The notes: generated by a model from the letters alone, not told the origin. Counted from the stretch's first letter, positions 1 through 9,450 are shown. The stretch: 32,000 nt of DNA from Candidatus Brevifilum fermentans (GCF_900184705.1 NZ_LT859958.1:793081-825080); one strand, 5' to 3'. Numbers and translations: made by a program.

Positions 1-1
1 A

Positions 2-859
2 CTAACCGGCTGGCGGATTGATATAAAGAGCCTGGTAGAAGCCGCCGCTGATGCCGTGAGGAAATTACAGGAAGATCCTGCCTATGCTGAAATGGCAGAG
101 CGCGAGGCTGAAGCTCAGCAAAAAGTCGCCATTATGCTTGAAAAGAAGGATGAAGGTCGACCTTTACCACCTGAAGACTATACGTTCATGACGAAATTTA
201 TCAATCGCGTTGAAAAACGCGTTGAAGAGAAGATGCGTGAAGAAAACCTTGAGGAGAAACGACGTTACGATGCTGCCCGGGCAACGGTACCGGAGTTAGC
301 TTATGAAATTAACATTCTCGATGTGGACCTGAAAGAGCACATTTTGGTTATTCTCCAGGGAGCCGGGATAGACACCCTTGGTGATCTGGTTCTGCAAGTC
401 CGCTTAAACCCGGATCGAATTTTAGGGTTGAATGGAATTGGTCCGAAGACCTTTGAACAGATTCAAGCCTTAACCGATGGCTTGCGTGTGAGCCCGGAAG
501 AAGCGGTTTCCGTCGATGATGCGCAGACCGAAGAAATACCCGCCATTGAAGAAATTCTGGAAGCGGTTCCGGTTGACGTCGATGAGCCGGTGGTGGAGAC
601 GCCGGTGCAAGAAGAGGTTGAGCTTGTCGAACCGGTTGCTCCAGTAAAGCCAGAACCAGTCGAGAAAGAAAAAGAAGAAGAGCCGGAAGATGATTTTGAC
701 AAACTCTTCACCTATGATGCCGCCAAATATGGGTATTATGAACCTGAGAAGGCGATATTTGATGATGATGAGGAAGAACAAATCAAACCGACAAAGAAGA
801 AAAAACGAAAAAAACCGCGCCCACAATTGGATGACCCCGATCCTTGGGATGGTTGGTAA
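2..859 (+). CDS. nusA: Transcription termination/antitermination protein NusA, C-terminal part (5' truncated by window edge)
   Basis: Frame 2 is open from the window edge: LTGWRIDIKSLVEAAADAVRKLQEDP..., with the NusA KH-domain 'TGWRIDIKS' motif. It then has a helix-hairpin-helix-like segment (ILVILQGAGIDTLGDLVLQVRLNPDRILGLNGIGPKTFEQI) and an acidic/Lys-rich tail. It sits immediately upstream of ylxR-infB. The listed GTG at 56 is internal. Confidence 0.93.
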   Translation, partial: LTGWRIDIKSLVEAAADAVRKLQEDPAYAEMAEREAEAQQKVAIMLEKKDEGRPLPPEDYTFMTKFINRVEKRVEEKMREENLEEKRRYDAARATVPELAYEINILDVDLKEHILVILQGAGIDTLGDLVLQVRLNPDRILGLNGIGPKTFEQIQALTDGLRVSPEEAVSVDDAQTEEIPAIEEILEAVPVDVDEPVVETPVQEEVELVEPVAPVKPEPVEKEKEEEPEDDFDKLFTYDAAKYGYYEPEKAIFDDDEEEQIKPTKKKKRKKPRPQLDDPDPWDGW

Positions 860-883
860 ACTTAAGTATTGAGTTGCGATTGA

Positions 884-1207
884 ATGGCTAGGAATAAGTT
901 CGGTCGGAAAAAACACGTTCCCCAACGGACCTGTGTGGGCTGCCGAGAAGTCTTACCAAAGAAAACATTGATCAGGATCGTAAAAGGACCTGAAGGTGTG
1001 GATGTGGATTTGACCGGTAAAGCTCATGGCAGGGGCGCTTATTTGCACGATCAACGTGCTTGCTGGGAACGTGGTGTAAAAGGCGCACTTGACCATGCCT
1101 TACGAACCCGGCTTACAGACGAAGAACAGCAAAAATTAATGGCGTTCTTTGACGAACATCTTGGGAAGGACAGTCAGGGTCAAAAGGGGGCAGAGGAATT
1201 GTCATGA
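884..1207 (+). CDS. rnpM: YlxR/RnpM family (DUF448) nucleic-acid-binding protein
   Basis: QRTCVGCREVLPKKTLIRIVKGPEGVDVDLTGKAHGRGAYLH matches the YlxR signature. It lies in the canonical position between nusA and infB. Confidence 0.93.
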   Translation: MARNKFGRKKHVPQRTCVGCREVLPKKTLIRIVKGPEGVDVDLTGKAHGRGAYLHDQRACWERGVKGALDHALRTRLTDEEQQKLMAFFDEHLGKDSQGQKGAEELS

Positions 1208-1311
1208 TGAAGTAAACTCATCTGATCGCTCCTCAGCAGTTGAAGAACGTAAATGATTTTGGCGCGGTGACATCACGGCGACAGAAATCTGAAAAATTAT
1301 GGAGGTGTAAT

Positions 1312-3099
1312 GTGAGCGATACTGAGATGAAAAAAATTATTTTACCTTCCAATATCAGCGTACGTGCGCTGGCAGAAAAAATAGAAGCCAGTCCAATTGA
1401 GGTTATTAAAGTCCTGATGGCCAACGGCGTGATGGCCAGCATCAACCAAAATATCGATTTTGACACGGCTGCCGTTGTTGCCAGCGAGCTCGGGTTTGAA
1501 CCCGAGCTTGAAAAAAGGCTTGAAGAAGAACCGGAAGAAAAGGGTGAAATCCCGTTTTGGCGACGGGTGATCGCGCGTGAAAACGAGAAAGATCTGGTCG
1601 CTCGTCCGCCTGTGGTGACGATACTGGGTCATGTGGATCATGGTAAAACAACGCTCTTAGACGCTATTCGACAGACGAACGTTGCTGCTGGCGAAAAAGG
1701 GGGCATCACACAGCACATCGGGGCGTACCAAATTGAGCATAAGGGCAAAAAGATCACTTTCATGGATACACCCGGCCATGCGGCTTTCACGTCCATGCGG
1801 GCACGCGGCGCCCAGGGCGCAGATATTGTCATCCTGGTGGTGGCGGCGGATGACGGTGTTATGCCTCAAACCCGTGAAGCAGCCAATCATGCCAAGGCTG
1901 CCCGGGTGCCAATTGTGGTAGCACTCAATAAGATGGATTTAGCAACAGCCAATCCCGAACTTGTCAAACGACAATTAGCGGAAATTGATCTGGTCCCTGA
2001 TGAATGGGATGGCGATACGATGATTGTGCCAGTCTCGGCCATAAAGAAGCAGGGTTTGGATGACCTTCTGGAAGCGATTCTTCTGACGGCTGATCAGATT
2101 GATATCAGGGCAAATCCTAAGGGAGAAGTTCTGGGCACTGTGGTTGAGGGCGAACTGGACCGATTCCGTGGTGTTTTAGCCACTTTGCTGCTTCAAAACG
2201 GGACAGTCAAAATGGGAGATACGGTCCTGGCTGGCAAAGCCTACGGCAAGATTAAAGCGATGTTTGATTACCGGGGAAACCGCATTTCAAAAGCAGGTCC
2301 ATCTACACCGATTGTGATCATGGGATTGAATGAAGTGCCCAATGCGGGCGACCTGTTCAGGGTGGTTGCATCCGAAAAGGACGCCAGATCAATTGTTGCT
2401 GAAATTGAATCCGGTGAGAGAACCTTTACCAGGCCGACCAAAGTCACCCTGGAAGACCTGTTCGAGAAGATGCAGGCTGGAGAAACACAGGAATTGCGCT
2501 TGATCATAAAAGCCGACGTGCAGGGATCTTTGGAGCCAATCACCAGTTCACTGCATGAACTAGGTGATCAACATCCTGAGGTTTCGATCGTAATTTTGCA
2601 TCAGGAGATCGGCAATATCTCTGAGAGTGATGTGATGCTGGCGACGGCTTCAGATGCGATTGTGATCGGTTTTGCTGTGGAAGCCGACAATGCTGCTGAG
2701 CGGCTTGCCGAAAAAGAGGGTGTTTCCATCCGTTTGTATACTGTCATCTACCATCTCTTGGAAGATGTAGAAAAAGCCATTAAGGGGATGTTGAAGCCTG
2801 AAATGGTGGAGCGTGTGATCGGAAAAGCCAACGTGCTGGCGACCTTCAGCGTTTCACGGTTCAAAGTTGCCGCTGGCTGTCGTGTAATTAGTGGTGAAAT
2901 TCGCCGTAATGGACACATGCGCGTCATCCGGGATGGTAAGGTCATTTTTGATGGTGAAATTGCTTCTCTTAAGCGGGAAAAGGATGACGTCCGCGAAGTT
3001 CGTGAGGGTTTTGAGTGCGGTGTTGCATTGAAAAATTTCCATGCTTTTGAGGTCGGAGACTTGCTGGAATGCTACATTTTTGAGAAGGATGCCGCTTAA
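1312..3099 (+). CDS. infB: Translation initiation factor IF-2 (short N-terminal form)
   Basis: [23 protein letters not shown] and NKMDL G-motifs, followed by IF-2 domains. The ORF track opens at 1240, but GGAGG at 1301-1305 favours GTG at 1312. Confidence 0.95.
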   Translation: MSDTEMKKIILPSNISVRALAEKIEASPIEVIKVLMANGVMASINQNIDFDTAAVVASELGFEPELEKRLEEEPEEKGEIPFWRRVIARENEKDLVARPPVVTILGHVDHGKTTLLDAIRQTNVAAGEKGGITQHIGAYQIEHKGKKITFMDTPGHAAFTSMRARGAQGADIVILVVAADDGVMPQTREAANHAKAARVPIVVALNKMDLATANPELVKRQLAEIDLVPDEWDGDTMIVPVSAIKKQGLDDLLEAILLTADQIDIRANPKGEVLGTVVEGELDRFRGVLATLLLQNGTVKMGDTVLAGKAYGKIKAMFDYRGNRISKAGPSTPIVIMGLNEVPNAGDLFRVVASEKDARSIVAEIESGERTFTRPTKVTLEDLFEKMQAGETQELRLIIKADVQGSLEPITSSLHELGDQHPEVSIVILHQEIGNISESDVMLATASDAIVIGFAVEADNAAERLAEKEGVSIRLYTVIYHLLEDVEKAIKGMLKPEMVERVIGKANVLATFSVSRFKVAAGCRVISGEIRRNGHMRVIRDGKVIFDGEIASLKREKDDVREVREGFECGVALKNFHAFEVGDLLECYIFEKDAA

Positions 3100-3123
3100 T
3101 GGCATCATAAGGAGGAAAAGCTG

Positions 3124-3528
3124 ATGCCTTCAGAGATCAGAATAAAACGGATTCAAGATCAAATTAAACAGGTGTTGATCGAGATTCTGGATGGTAAGGT
3201 CAATGACCCTCGGCTTGAGCAGGTGTATATCACCGATGTCACTATCGACCGTGAGCTGGATTTTGCCAATATTTATGTTTCAGCGTTGGGAGGTGCTGAC
3301 CAGGCACAGGAGATTTTGGATGCTTTGCAAAAAGCAAGCGGTTTCATTCGTTACAATCTCAGCCAGGTCGTGAAGCTGCGTGTGATGCCTAAGCTCCGAT
3401 TCTATTGGGACGACACTCCCGAACGTGCAGAGCGGATTGAAGCCCTGTTGGAGATTATTCGCCAGGAACGTGAGTCGAGCGGCGAGCCTTTAAACGAATC
3501 CGAAGATAACGATGATATCTCAGATTGA
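3124..3528 (+). CDS. rbfA: Ribosome-binding factor A
   Basis: RIQDQIKQVLIEILDGKVNDPRLEQVYITDVTIDRELDFANIYVSALGG...; directly downstream of infB. Confidence 0.92.
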   Translation: MPSEIRIKRIQDQIKQVLIEILDGKVNDPRLEQVYITDVTIDRELDFANIYVSALGGADQAQEILDALQKASGFIRYNLSQVVKLRVMPKLRFYWDDTPERAERIEALLEIIRQERESSGEPLNESEDNDDISD

Positions 3529-4507
3529 TCAAGACATTGCGGAAAAAATTTCTGCAGGCAAACGTTTTGTGATTGCTTCTCATATCCGACCGGACGCCGA
3601 TGCCGTTGGATCGTTGTTGGGCTTGGGGTTGGCATTAATGAAGGCGGGTAAAACGGTTCAACTGGTGCTTGAGGACGGCGCCGAAAAATATGATTATTTG
3701 CCTGGCAGCGAATATGTGATCCGATCCCCCGTGGGAGAAGCGGATATGATCATTGTTGTCGACTGTTCAGATGCAGAGCGCGTCGGCTCTGTTCTTAATG
3801 ATTATGGTCAACCCGACCTGGTGATTGACCATCATAAAACGAACCTCGCCTTTGGGAAAATCAATGTGGTGGAACCGGACCAGGTAGCAACAGCTGCGGT
3901 TTTGTTTGATCACATCCCAGCCTGGGGTTTGTCGATTGACCCTGATGTTGCCACCTGTTTGCTAAGCGGAATTGTGGGGGACACAATTGGTTTCAGAACA
4001 CCCAATGTCGATGCAAACCTTCTGCGTAAAGCGGCTTCGTTGATTGACCTGGGCGCTGATTTGAACCATGTCTACAATGAAGAATTGGTTTTGCGATCCT
4101 TTTCTGCGGTACACTATTGGGGTTTTGGTCTCAAACGAATAGAACTCCAGGGCGAGCTGGTTTGGACCAGCCTGACGCTGGCTGACCAGCAGGAATCAGG
4201 CTATGATCAAGGCGATGATGCTAACCTTGTCAATGTTCTATCTTCAATTCGGGAAGCAAAAATCGCATTATTATTTGTGGAACAACCCGGCAATTCAGTC
4301 AAAGTCAGCTGGAGGACCGGGCCCGGGTTGGATGTTTCTGAAATCGCGTACAGGTTTGGCGGTGGGGGGCATGCCGCCGCGGCTGGCGCAGACATAAAGG
4401 GCAGCCTGGCAGAAGTGAAGCACAGGGTAATTGCAGAAACACTCGAACTACTGGAAAACTCATCAATGAAAAACAGGAGTATAATACAGAAAAACTTTGG
4501 GGAGTAG
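3512..4507 (+). CDS. nrnA: DHH/DHHA1-family phosphoesterase (NrnA/RecJ-like oligoribonuclease)
   Basis: SHIRPDADAVGSLLGLG, VVDCSD, DHHKTN and C-terminal FGGGGHAAAAG motifs. The start overlaps the end of rbfA by 17 nt. Confidence 0.88.
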   Translation: MISQIDQDIAEKISAGKRFVIASHIRPDADAVGSLLGLGLALMKAGKTVQLVLEDGAEKYDYLPGSEYVIRSPVGEADMIIVVDCSDAERVGSVLNDYGQPDLVIDHHKTNLAFGKINVVEPDQVATAAVLFDHIPAWGLSIDPDVATCLLSGIVGDTIGFRTPNVDANLLRKAASLIDLGADLNHVYNEELVLRSFSAVHYWGFGLKRIELQGELVWTSLTLADQQESGYDQGDDANLVNVLSSIREAKIALLFVEQPGNSVKVSWRTGPGLDVSEIAYRFGGGGHAAAAGADIKGSLAEVKHRVIAETLELLENSSMKNRSIIQKNFGE

Positions 4508-4516
4508 GAAGTCAAT

Positions 4517-5434
4517 ATGAGCGAACTAGACTTTAATCTTAAAGATACAGTTTCGGGGGTACTGGTGATTGATAAACCAGTAGGAATGACATCTCATAGT
4601 GTTGTGCAGGTTGTGCGCCAGGGAACTGGAATTCGGCGAGCCGGGCATACCGGCACATTGGATCCCCGCGCTTCGGGGGTACTGGTGGTTCTGCTTGGGC
4701 CAGCTGTGCGGCTGAGTGAATATATCTCTGCCTCTGATAAGCGTTACCAGGCGATCATCCGCCTGGGAGAAACGACTGACACCTTTGATGGAGATGGCGA
4801 AGTAATCAGCCGTGCACCGGTGGATATCACCTTGGAAGAAATTGAGGAAGCGTTGAAAAAATTCGAGGGCAGGATTGAACAAGTTCCGCCCGCCTATTCT
4901 GCAAAGCGCATTCACGGAAAGAAAGCCTACGAACTGGCACGCGAAGGCGAAGAAGTAGAATTGGAACCGAAAGAGATTGATGTTTACCATCTTGAACTGC
5001 TTGAGTGGGACCCGCCTGAAGCTATTGTTGATGTTTTTTGTTCTTCGGGAACCTATGTGCGCTCCCTGGCGAATGATTTGGGTGAAGCCCTGGGTTGTGG
5101 AGGTCACCTGGTTGGCCTGCGCAGGACCAAAAGCGGTGAATTTGCCCTCAGGGATGCGGTCCAACTTAGAAAACTGGAAGAAGCTTTTGATTATGGTGAC
5201 TGGTATAAATATTTAATCCCTGCCGCTGAAGCCCTGGCTGATTGGCCCTCTCGTGAATTAAGCACAGAGGAAGTTGATCTGGTCCGCCATGGTCACCGTG
5301 TGACGAGTGAGACCCCGCCTGAAAACCCGGATCACTGGGTGCGGGCGATCAGCGAGCAAGGTGAGCTGGTGGCATTGATGGAGTACCTGCCAGAAGAGAA
5401 TGAATGGCAACCGAGAAAAGTTTTCTTCACTTAG
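4517..5434 (+). CDS. truB: tRNA pseudouridine(55) synthase TruB
   Basis: GVLVIDKPVGMTSH, RAGHTGTLDPRASGVL, YSAKRIHGKKAYELAREG and CSSGTYVRSLANDLG motifs. Confidence 0.95.
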   Translation: MSELDFNLKDTVSGVLVIDKPVGMTSHSVVQVVRQGTGIRRAGHTGTLDPRASGVLVVLLGPAVRLSEYISASDKRYQAIIRLGETTDTFDGDGEVISRAPVDITLEEIEEALKKFEGRIEQVPPAYSAKRIHGKKAYELAREGEEVELEPKEIDVYHLELLEWDPPEAIVDVFCSSGTYVRSLANDLGEALGCGGHLVGLRRTKSGEFALRDAVQLRKLEEAFDYGDWYKYLIPAAEALADWPSRELSTEEVDLVRHGHRVTSETPPENPDHWVRAISEQGELVALMEYLPEENEWQPRKVFFT

Positions 5435-5525
5435 TGCCGGCGATGATCGCTTTTAAGTTTAAAAAATTCACCCTTTCCTGGTCTTGATGGAGGGGTGGTT
5501 TTATAATTATTGAGACATACGGTTT

Positions 5526-6479
5526 ATGCACCTTATCCCTGAACCAGACTTGAACATCGTGGAATTTTCAGCGCTCAAGCCGTTGGTCGATGCTGATACC
5601 TGCATCACGATCGGCAACTTCGATGGCGTCCATCGAGGTCACCAGGCGGTTATTGAACACATGCTCGAAATGGCACGAACACAATCCCAGGCTGTGATTG
5701 TGCTCACTTTTTACCCCAACCCTTCCGTATTTTTCAATCAACCGGTTCAACCGTTTTACCTGTCTTCACCGCGAGAAAAAGAAAACCAGTTGCTGACTTT
5801 GGGCGTGGACCGGGTAATCACCTTTCGATTTGACCGAGAATTTGCGGAGTTGACTCCGGAAGTTTTTATGTTGAAATTGAAAGAAACTTTGGGTTTACGT
5901 GTGCTGGTGGTCGGACAGGATTTTGCCCTTGGAAAGGGGCGGCAGGGGACCATTCCTTATCTTAATCAGTTGGGAGACCAGTACGGTTTTGAAGTTAGGG
6001 TTATCCCGCACCTTGATTATGGCGAGCAGGAGATCTCTTCCTCACGGATCCGAAATTACCTGGATGCGGGCGCGGTTGATGAAGCCCGTAAGCTTTTGGG
6101 GCGTCCATACCGGGTGACGGGAGAGGTGGCTCATGGCTCGGATCGGGGCAAGAAGATCGGACTACCTACCGCCAATGTTGCGCATTGGCCTGGAAAAAAA
6201 CTACCTGCCGTCGGCGTGTATGCCACCCTGGTGAACCTGGAAGGTGAGGTGTACCAGGGAATCACCAATGTCGGTTATCGACCCACCTTTGAAGAACAAA
6301 CCCGGGTGGATGTAGAGGCGTATATCCTGGATTTCTCGCAAGATATTTACGGACACAGCATCAGCCTTGATTTTATTCAAAAGATCAGGGACGAAAAAAA
6401 ATTTTCAGGTGTGGACGCATTATTGGCGCAAATCGCACGTGACAAAGCGCAAGCAAAAAGGATTTTTCAAAATGACTAA
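5526..6479 (+). CDS. ribF: Bifunctional riboflavin kinase / FAD synthetase
   Basis: ITIGNFDGVHRGHQAVI in the FAD synthetase part. GEVAHGSDRGKKIGLPTANV and GITNVGYRPTF in the riboflavin kinase part. Confidence 0.95.
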   Translation: MHLIPEPDLNIVEFSALKPLVDADTCITIGNFDGVHRGHQAVIEHMLEMARTQSQAVIVLTFYPNPSVFFNQPVQPFYLSSPREKENQLLTLGVDRVITFRFDREFAELTPEVFMLKLKETLGLRVLVVGQDFALGKGRQGTIPYLNQLGDQYGFEVRVIPHLDYGEQEISSSRIRNYLDAGAVDEARKLLGRPYRVTGEVAHGSDRGKKIGLPTANVAHWPGKKLPAVGVYATLVNLEGEVYQGITNVGYRPTFEEQTRVDVEAYILDFSQDIYGHSISLDFIQKIRDEKKFSGVDALLAQIARDKAQAKRIFQND

Positions 6480-7905
6480 AACCAGGCGAATTTATCTTCT
6501 CAGACCCGGGGAATACAGTCCAGAGACCATCGCGGTCGCTTTTGCCAAAACCTCACGCTCGCCGCTGCCCTTTGATGAAATTGCTGCGGAGTTGAACGAT
6601 GAAAGCTCGGCGCGCTTTCATGAAAAATGGGTGGTTGGATATGGGCATAGCTCTGTGGCAGAACATGCAGTACTCCACCTGGCTTTCGAAAACGTCTCTC
6701 GACTGGCGATTGAGACTATCGAAGCCAACCGGCTGGCATCCTATACTGAAAAGTCGACCCGTTATCAACTCTGGGATGAGGACGCCTTTCATCTGCCTGA
6801 AGAACTGGTCGGCAGCCCCTATGAGACTGATTATTTAAACCTGTGCCAGACGCTGTTCAGGACTTATTTGCAGTGCATCCCACAATTGAAAAACTGGTTG
6901 CGAGAAACGCTGCCCAGGCACGCGGGCGAATCAGATAAGACATTCGAGCGGCGCCTGGAACCTGCTGCAATCGATTACGGGCGCTTTTTGCTGCCAGCTG
7001 CTTCCCTGGCTAACGTAGGGATGACGGTCAACGCTCGGACTTTAGAGTATGCGATCTGCAAAATGCTCAGTTCGTCTCTGGCTGAGGTGCGCGCCATCGG
7101 TGAGCGCTTGCTGGAGGTTTGCCAGCTTGAGACGCCAACCCTGGTTAAATATGCTGCCTGCAACGCCTATCTTCAGGGCGTCGAGCAAAAAATAACCGAA
7201 AGGGCTGCTGGGATTGCCACAGCGCTTGAAAGGCATCACGATTTTCGCCTGCTGGATTACGATCATGCAGGGCAGGAGCGGATATTGGCAGCAATCCTGT
7301 TTCGGTTTGGACACCAGGCTGATTTCCAAAGTGCTTACAAGTATGTGCTCAGCCTTAGCGAAGACGAAAAATGTCGCCTTGTGGAAACGTTGATGGAAGG
7401 CAGGGGAGCCTTCGACCAGCCCTTGCGCGAGTTTGAATACGCCCAAATGAGCTTTGAAGCCGTCATGGACCAGGGCGCGTATTTTGAATTCAAACGGCAC
7501 CGGATGATGACGCAAACCGTGCAACCCCTGACGGCGTCTCTGGGTTTTGCTGTGCCACAGGGAATCACGGCTGCCGGGTGTGAAGCAGAGTACCTGGATG
7601 CGATGCGCCAGGCTGCCGAGCTTTATGAGCGTGTCAGCGCCTGGAACCGTGCGGTGGCCAGTTATATGATCCCCAATGGTTTCAATCGCTGTGTTTTGTT
7701 CAGTATGAATTTGCGACAGGTGTTTCATTTTTGCAAGCTGCGCGGCGCAGAGAACGCACATTTTTCAATTCGTCGTGTGGCTTACCAGGTGGCGGAGGCT
7801 GTCCAGCAGGCATACCCGCTTTTAGGAGCCTATCTTGATATGCCTTCAGGTGAAACCTGGGAATCGATTGAGCAGCAGTACTTCAGCACTGTCAATACCT
7901 GTTGA
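6472..7905 (+). CDS. Tandem-domain ThyX-like (FAD-dependent thymidylate synthase superfamily) protein, ~477 aa
   Basis: The ORF track opens at 6367 but ATG 6472 is the plausible start and overlaps the ribF stop by 8 nt. The N-half has VGYGHSSVAEHAVLHLAFENVSRLAIETIEANRLASYTEKSTRYQ. The C-half has FEFKRHRMMTQTVQPLTASLGF...NLRQVFHFCKLRG. Confidence 0.8.
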   Translation: MTKTRRIYLLRPGEYSPETIAVAFAKTSRSPLPFDEIAAELNDESSARFHEKWVVGYGHSSVAEHAVLHLAFENVSRLAIETIEANRLASYTEKSTRYQLWDEDAFHLPEELVGSPYETDYLNLCQTLFRTYLQCIPQLKNWLRETLPRHAGESDKTFERRLEPAAIDYGRFLLPAASLANVGMTVNARTLEYAICKMLSSSLAEVRAIGERLLEVCQLETPTLVKYAACNAYLQGVEQKITERAAGIATALERHHDFRLLDYDHAGQERILAAILFRFGHQADFQSAYKYVLSLSEDEKCRLVETLMEGRGAFDQPLREFEYAQMSFEAVMDQGAYFEFKRHRMMTQTVQPLTASLGFAVPQGITAAGCEAEYLDAMRQAAELYERVSAWNRAVASYMIPNGFNRCVLFSMNLRQVFHFCKLRGAENAHFSIRRVAYQVAEAVQQAYPLLGAYLDMPSGETWESIEQQYFSTVNTC

Positions 7906-8031
7906 CCCGCACCTGAGATACTGTATCCAACCCTGCCCAGTGAGAAAAGCCAAACTGGGCAGGCACACAGCCCTTGAATAATCTCGAGCGAAATTTACGC
8001 ATGCATAAGGGGTGATTTTCCTGGAGCGACT

Positions 8032-9096
8032 ATGAAAGCCTTAAACCGATTGATTAATTTATTGTGGAATAAAGATGAGAAGCGCCTGCGGGCTTTTTTG
8101 CGTCTGGGCATCCAGACCCTCATGGTATTGCTAGCGACCGGGTTTTTCACTGCGGTATTGATGTCTTCAGCGGCTCTCATCAGCAGGGCTGCAGGGACAA
8201 GTTTCAAAGATCAGCTTACTGTCGGTGGTTTGATCCAATGGACAGAACGACCGGTTTTTAACCTGATTATTGCACCCCTGTCAAATTTTTTTGGCTTTGG
8301 TTTGGCAACGTACCTGGCGGGTTTATGGATCGACCGTCGGCCTTTGCGAAAATTCGGAATCAACTTTAATGAAGGCTGGTGGGCTGATTTTCTGTTCGGC
8401 CTGGGTTTGGGGGCTGGATTGATGGTGATGATCTTTCTGATGGGTTGGCTGACAGGGAGCGTACGGATCAGCGGTTTTTTTGATGTTAATGCTCAAAATC
8501 ATTTTTTCCTGGGGATGATCCAATCTTTGATTGGCTATGTTCTGGTAGGTATCTATGAAGAGCTGCTTTCGCGAGGGTATCATCTGATCAACCTGGCGGA
8601 AGGGTTACACCACCCGCGGCTGGGAGCAAAGCCTGCCCTGTTGTTGGCTTATGCGCTGTCTTCGCTGGTATTTGGCGTGATGCATTTGAGCAACCCGAGT
8701 GCGACCTGGGTCAGCACGGTCAATGTTTCCCTGTCTGGACTTTTCCTTGGCTTGGGCATGATCCTCACTGGCAGCCTGGCAATTCCTATCGGCTTGCATA
8801 TCACCTGGAACTTTTTTCAGGGGAGTGTGTTTGGATTCGCAGTCAGCGGATTGCGAACCGGGGTTTCGGTGATTGGAACGGAGATTGTCGCCAATGCCTG
8901 GCTGATAGGTGGTGATTTTGGACCTGAATCGGGCTTGCTGAGCCTGGTAGCGATGATCCTTGGAAGTGCGCTGACGATTTTGTGGGTCAGGCGCAAAGGT
9001 CAACTTAAGCTTTACAGTGATTTAGCAGTTTACGAACCGCGGGTAAAGAAACAGCGGGCAAAAAAGTTAAGCAAAGATTTTCAAAATCAGCCTTGA
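8032..9096 (+). CDS. CPBP family intramembrane metalloprotease/glutamic endopeptidase-like membrane protein
   Basis: Multiple hydrophobic segments with YEELLSRGYHL, VFGVMHLSNP and GLHITWNFFQG, the CPBP (Abi) EExxxR, FxxxH and HxxxN signatures. Confidence 0.85.
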   Translation: MKALNRLINLLWNKDEKRLRAFLRLGIQTLMVLLATGFFTAVLMSSAALISRAAGTSFKDQLTVGGLIQWTERPVFNLIIAPLSNFFGFGLATYLAGLWIDRRPLRKFGINFNEGWWADFLFGLGLGAGLMVMIFLMGWLTGSVRISGFFDVNAQNHFFLGMIQSLIGYVLVGIYEELLSRGYHLINLAEGLHHPRLGAKPALLLAYALSSLVFGVMHLSNPSATWVSTVNVSLSGLFLGLGMILTGSLAIPIGLHITWNFFQGSVFGFAVSGLRTGVSVIGTEIVANAWLIGGDFGPESGLLSLVAMILGSALTILWVRRKGQLKLYSDLAVYEPRVKKQRAKKLSKDFQNQP

Positions 9097-9120
9097 CAAA
9101 CAAACCAATATCCCTATAAT
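9093..9120 (+). promoter_or_regulatory. Consensus sigma-70/sigma-A promoter for the T-box/trpB transcript
   Basis: TTGACA (9093-9098), 16-nt spacer, TATAAT (9115-9120). The -35 overlaps the TGA stop (9094-9096) of the upstream gene. Confidence 0.85.
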
Positions 9121-9126
9121 AAGTGC

Positions 9127-9450
9127 AAGTTAACAACTAAAGACTGAGATGAGGACTAGTAGGCACTGAAACGGTGTCACAGAAAGCAGCGTTTGATGAG
9201 AAGCTGCACACACGCCTGTGTTGAATGGACCTCGGAGTTTTTGAGGTGAACAGCAATCAGTAGCTTCAAACGGACACACCGCCGTTATCAGGGTGAAGGG
9301 TATACGTAGAATTTCTGCTGTACCTGAGTAATGAGTGAGGCTGGCCTGGATCCCGTTGCAACACCGACGGGTTTTTTGCTTAAACAGGTCGCCTAAGTTG
9401 GGTGGCACCACGGACAAAACGTTCGTCCCAATCCGGGATGAGCGTTTTTT
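9127..9450 (+). promoter_or_regulatory. T-box riboswitch leader, predicted tRNA-Trp (TGG specifier)
   Basis: Stem I has an AGTA loop-E strand at 9158-9161, AGAAAG (9181-9186), and distal hairpin CAGC-GTTTGATGAGAA-GCTG (9187-9206). Specifier loop GAA-TGG-A has TGG at 9226-9228. T-box GGGTGGCACCACGG is at 9400-9413. The antiterminator can form by GGG 9400-9402 with CCC 9427-9429 and ACGG 9410-9413 with TCGT 9423-9426. The downstream gene is trpB. Confidence 0.93.
9416..9450 (+). terminator. Intrinsic terminator of the T-box leader
   Basis: AAAACGTTCGTCCC (9416-9429) pairs along 14 bp (two G-U) with GGGATGAGCGTTTT (9435-9448). The loop is 5 nt and the T-run is 9445-9450. It shares its 5' strand with the antiterminator. 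Confidence 0.92.

Noticed and set aside
463-925. Antisense ORFs 463-711 (-), 470-925 (-) and 690-872 (+) in the nusA region
   Set aside because: They are shadow ORFs created by the low-complexity acidic/Lys tail of NusA, with Ser- or Phe-rich compositions.
4552-4687. 16-nt direct repeat TTCGGGGGTACTGGTG at 4552-4567 and 4672-4687, exactly 120 bp apart
   Set aside because: Both copies encode conserved TruB motif residues (SGVLV in 'SGVLVIDKP' and 'ASGVLVVLL'). This is probably coincidental codon reuse rather than a functional repeat.
5502-5507. TATAAT upstream of ribF as a possible promoter
   Set aside because: No acceptable -35 hexamer at 16-18 nt spacing was found, so it was not called.
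7042-7761. 239 aa - strand ORF opposite the ThyX-like gene
   Set aside because: It is antisense to a clearly homologous coding region, with no family signal or RBS support.
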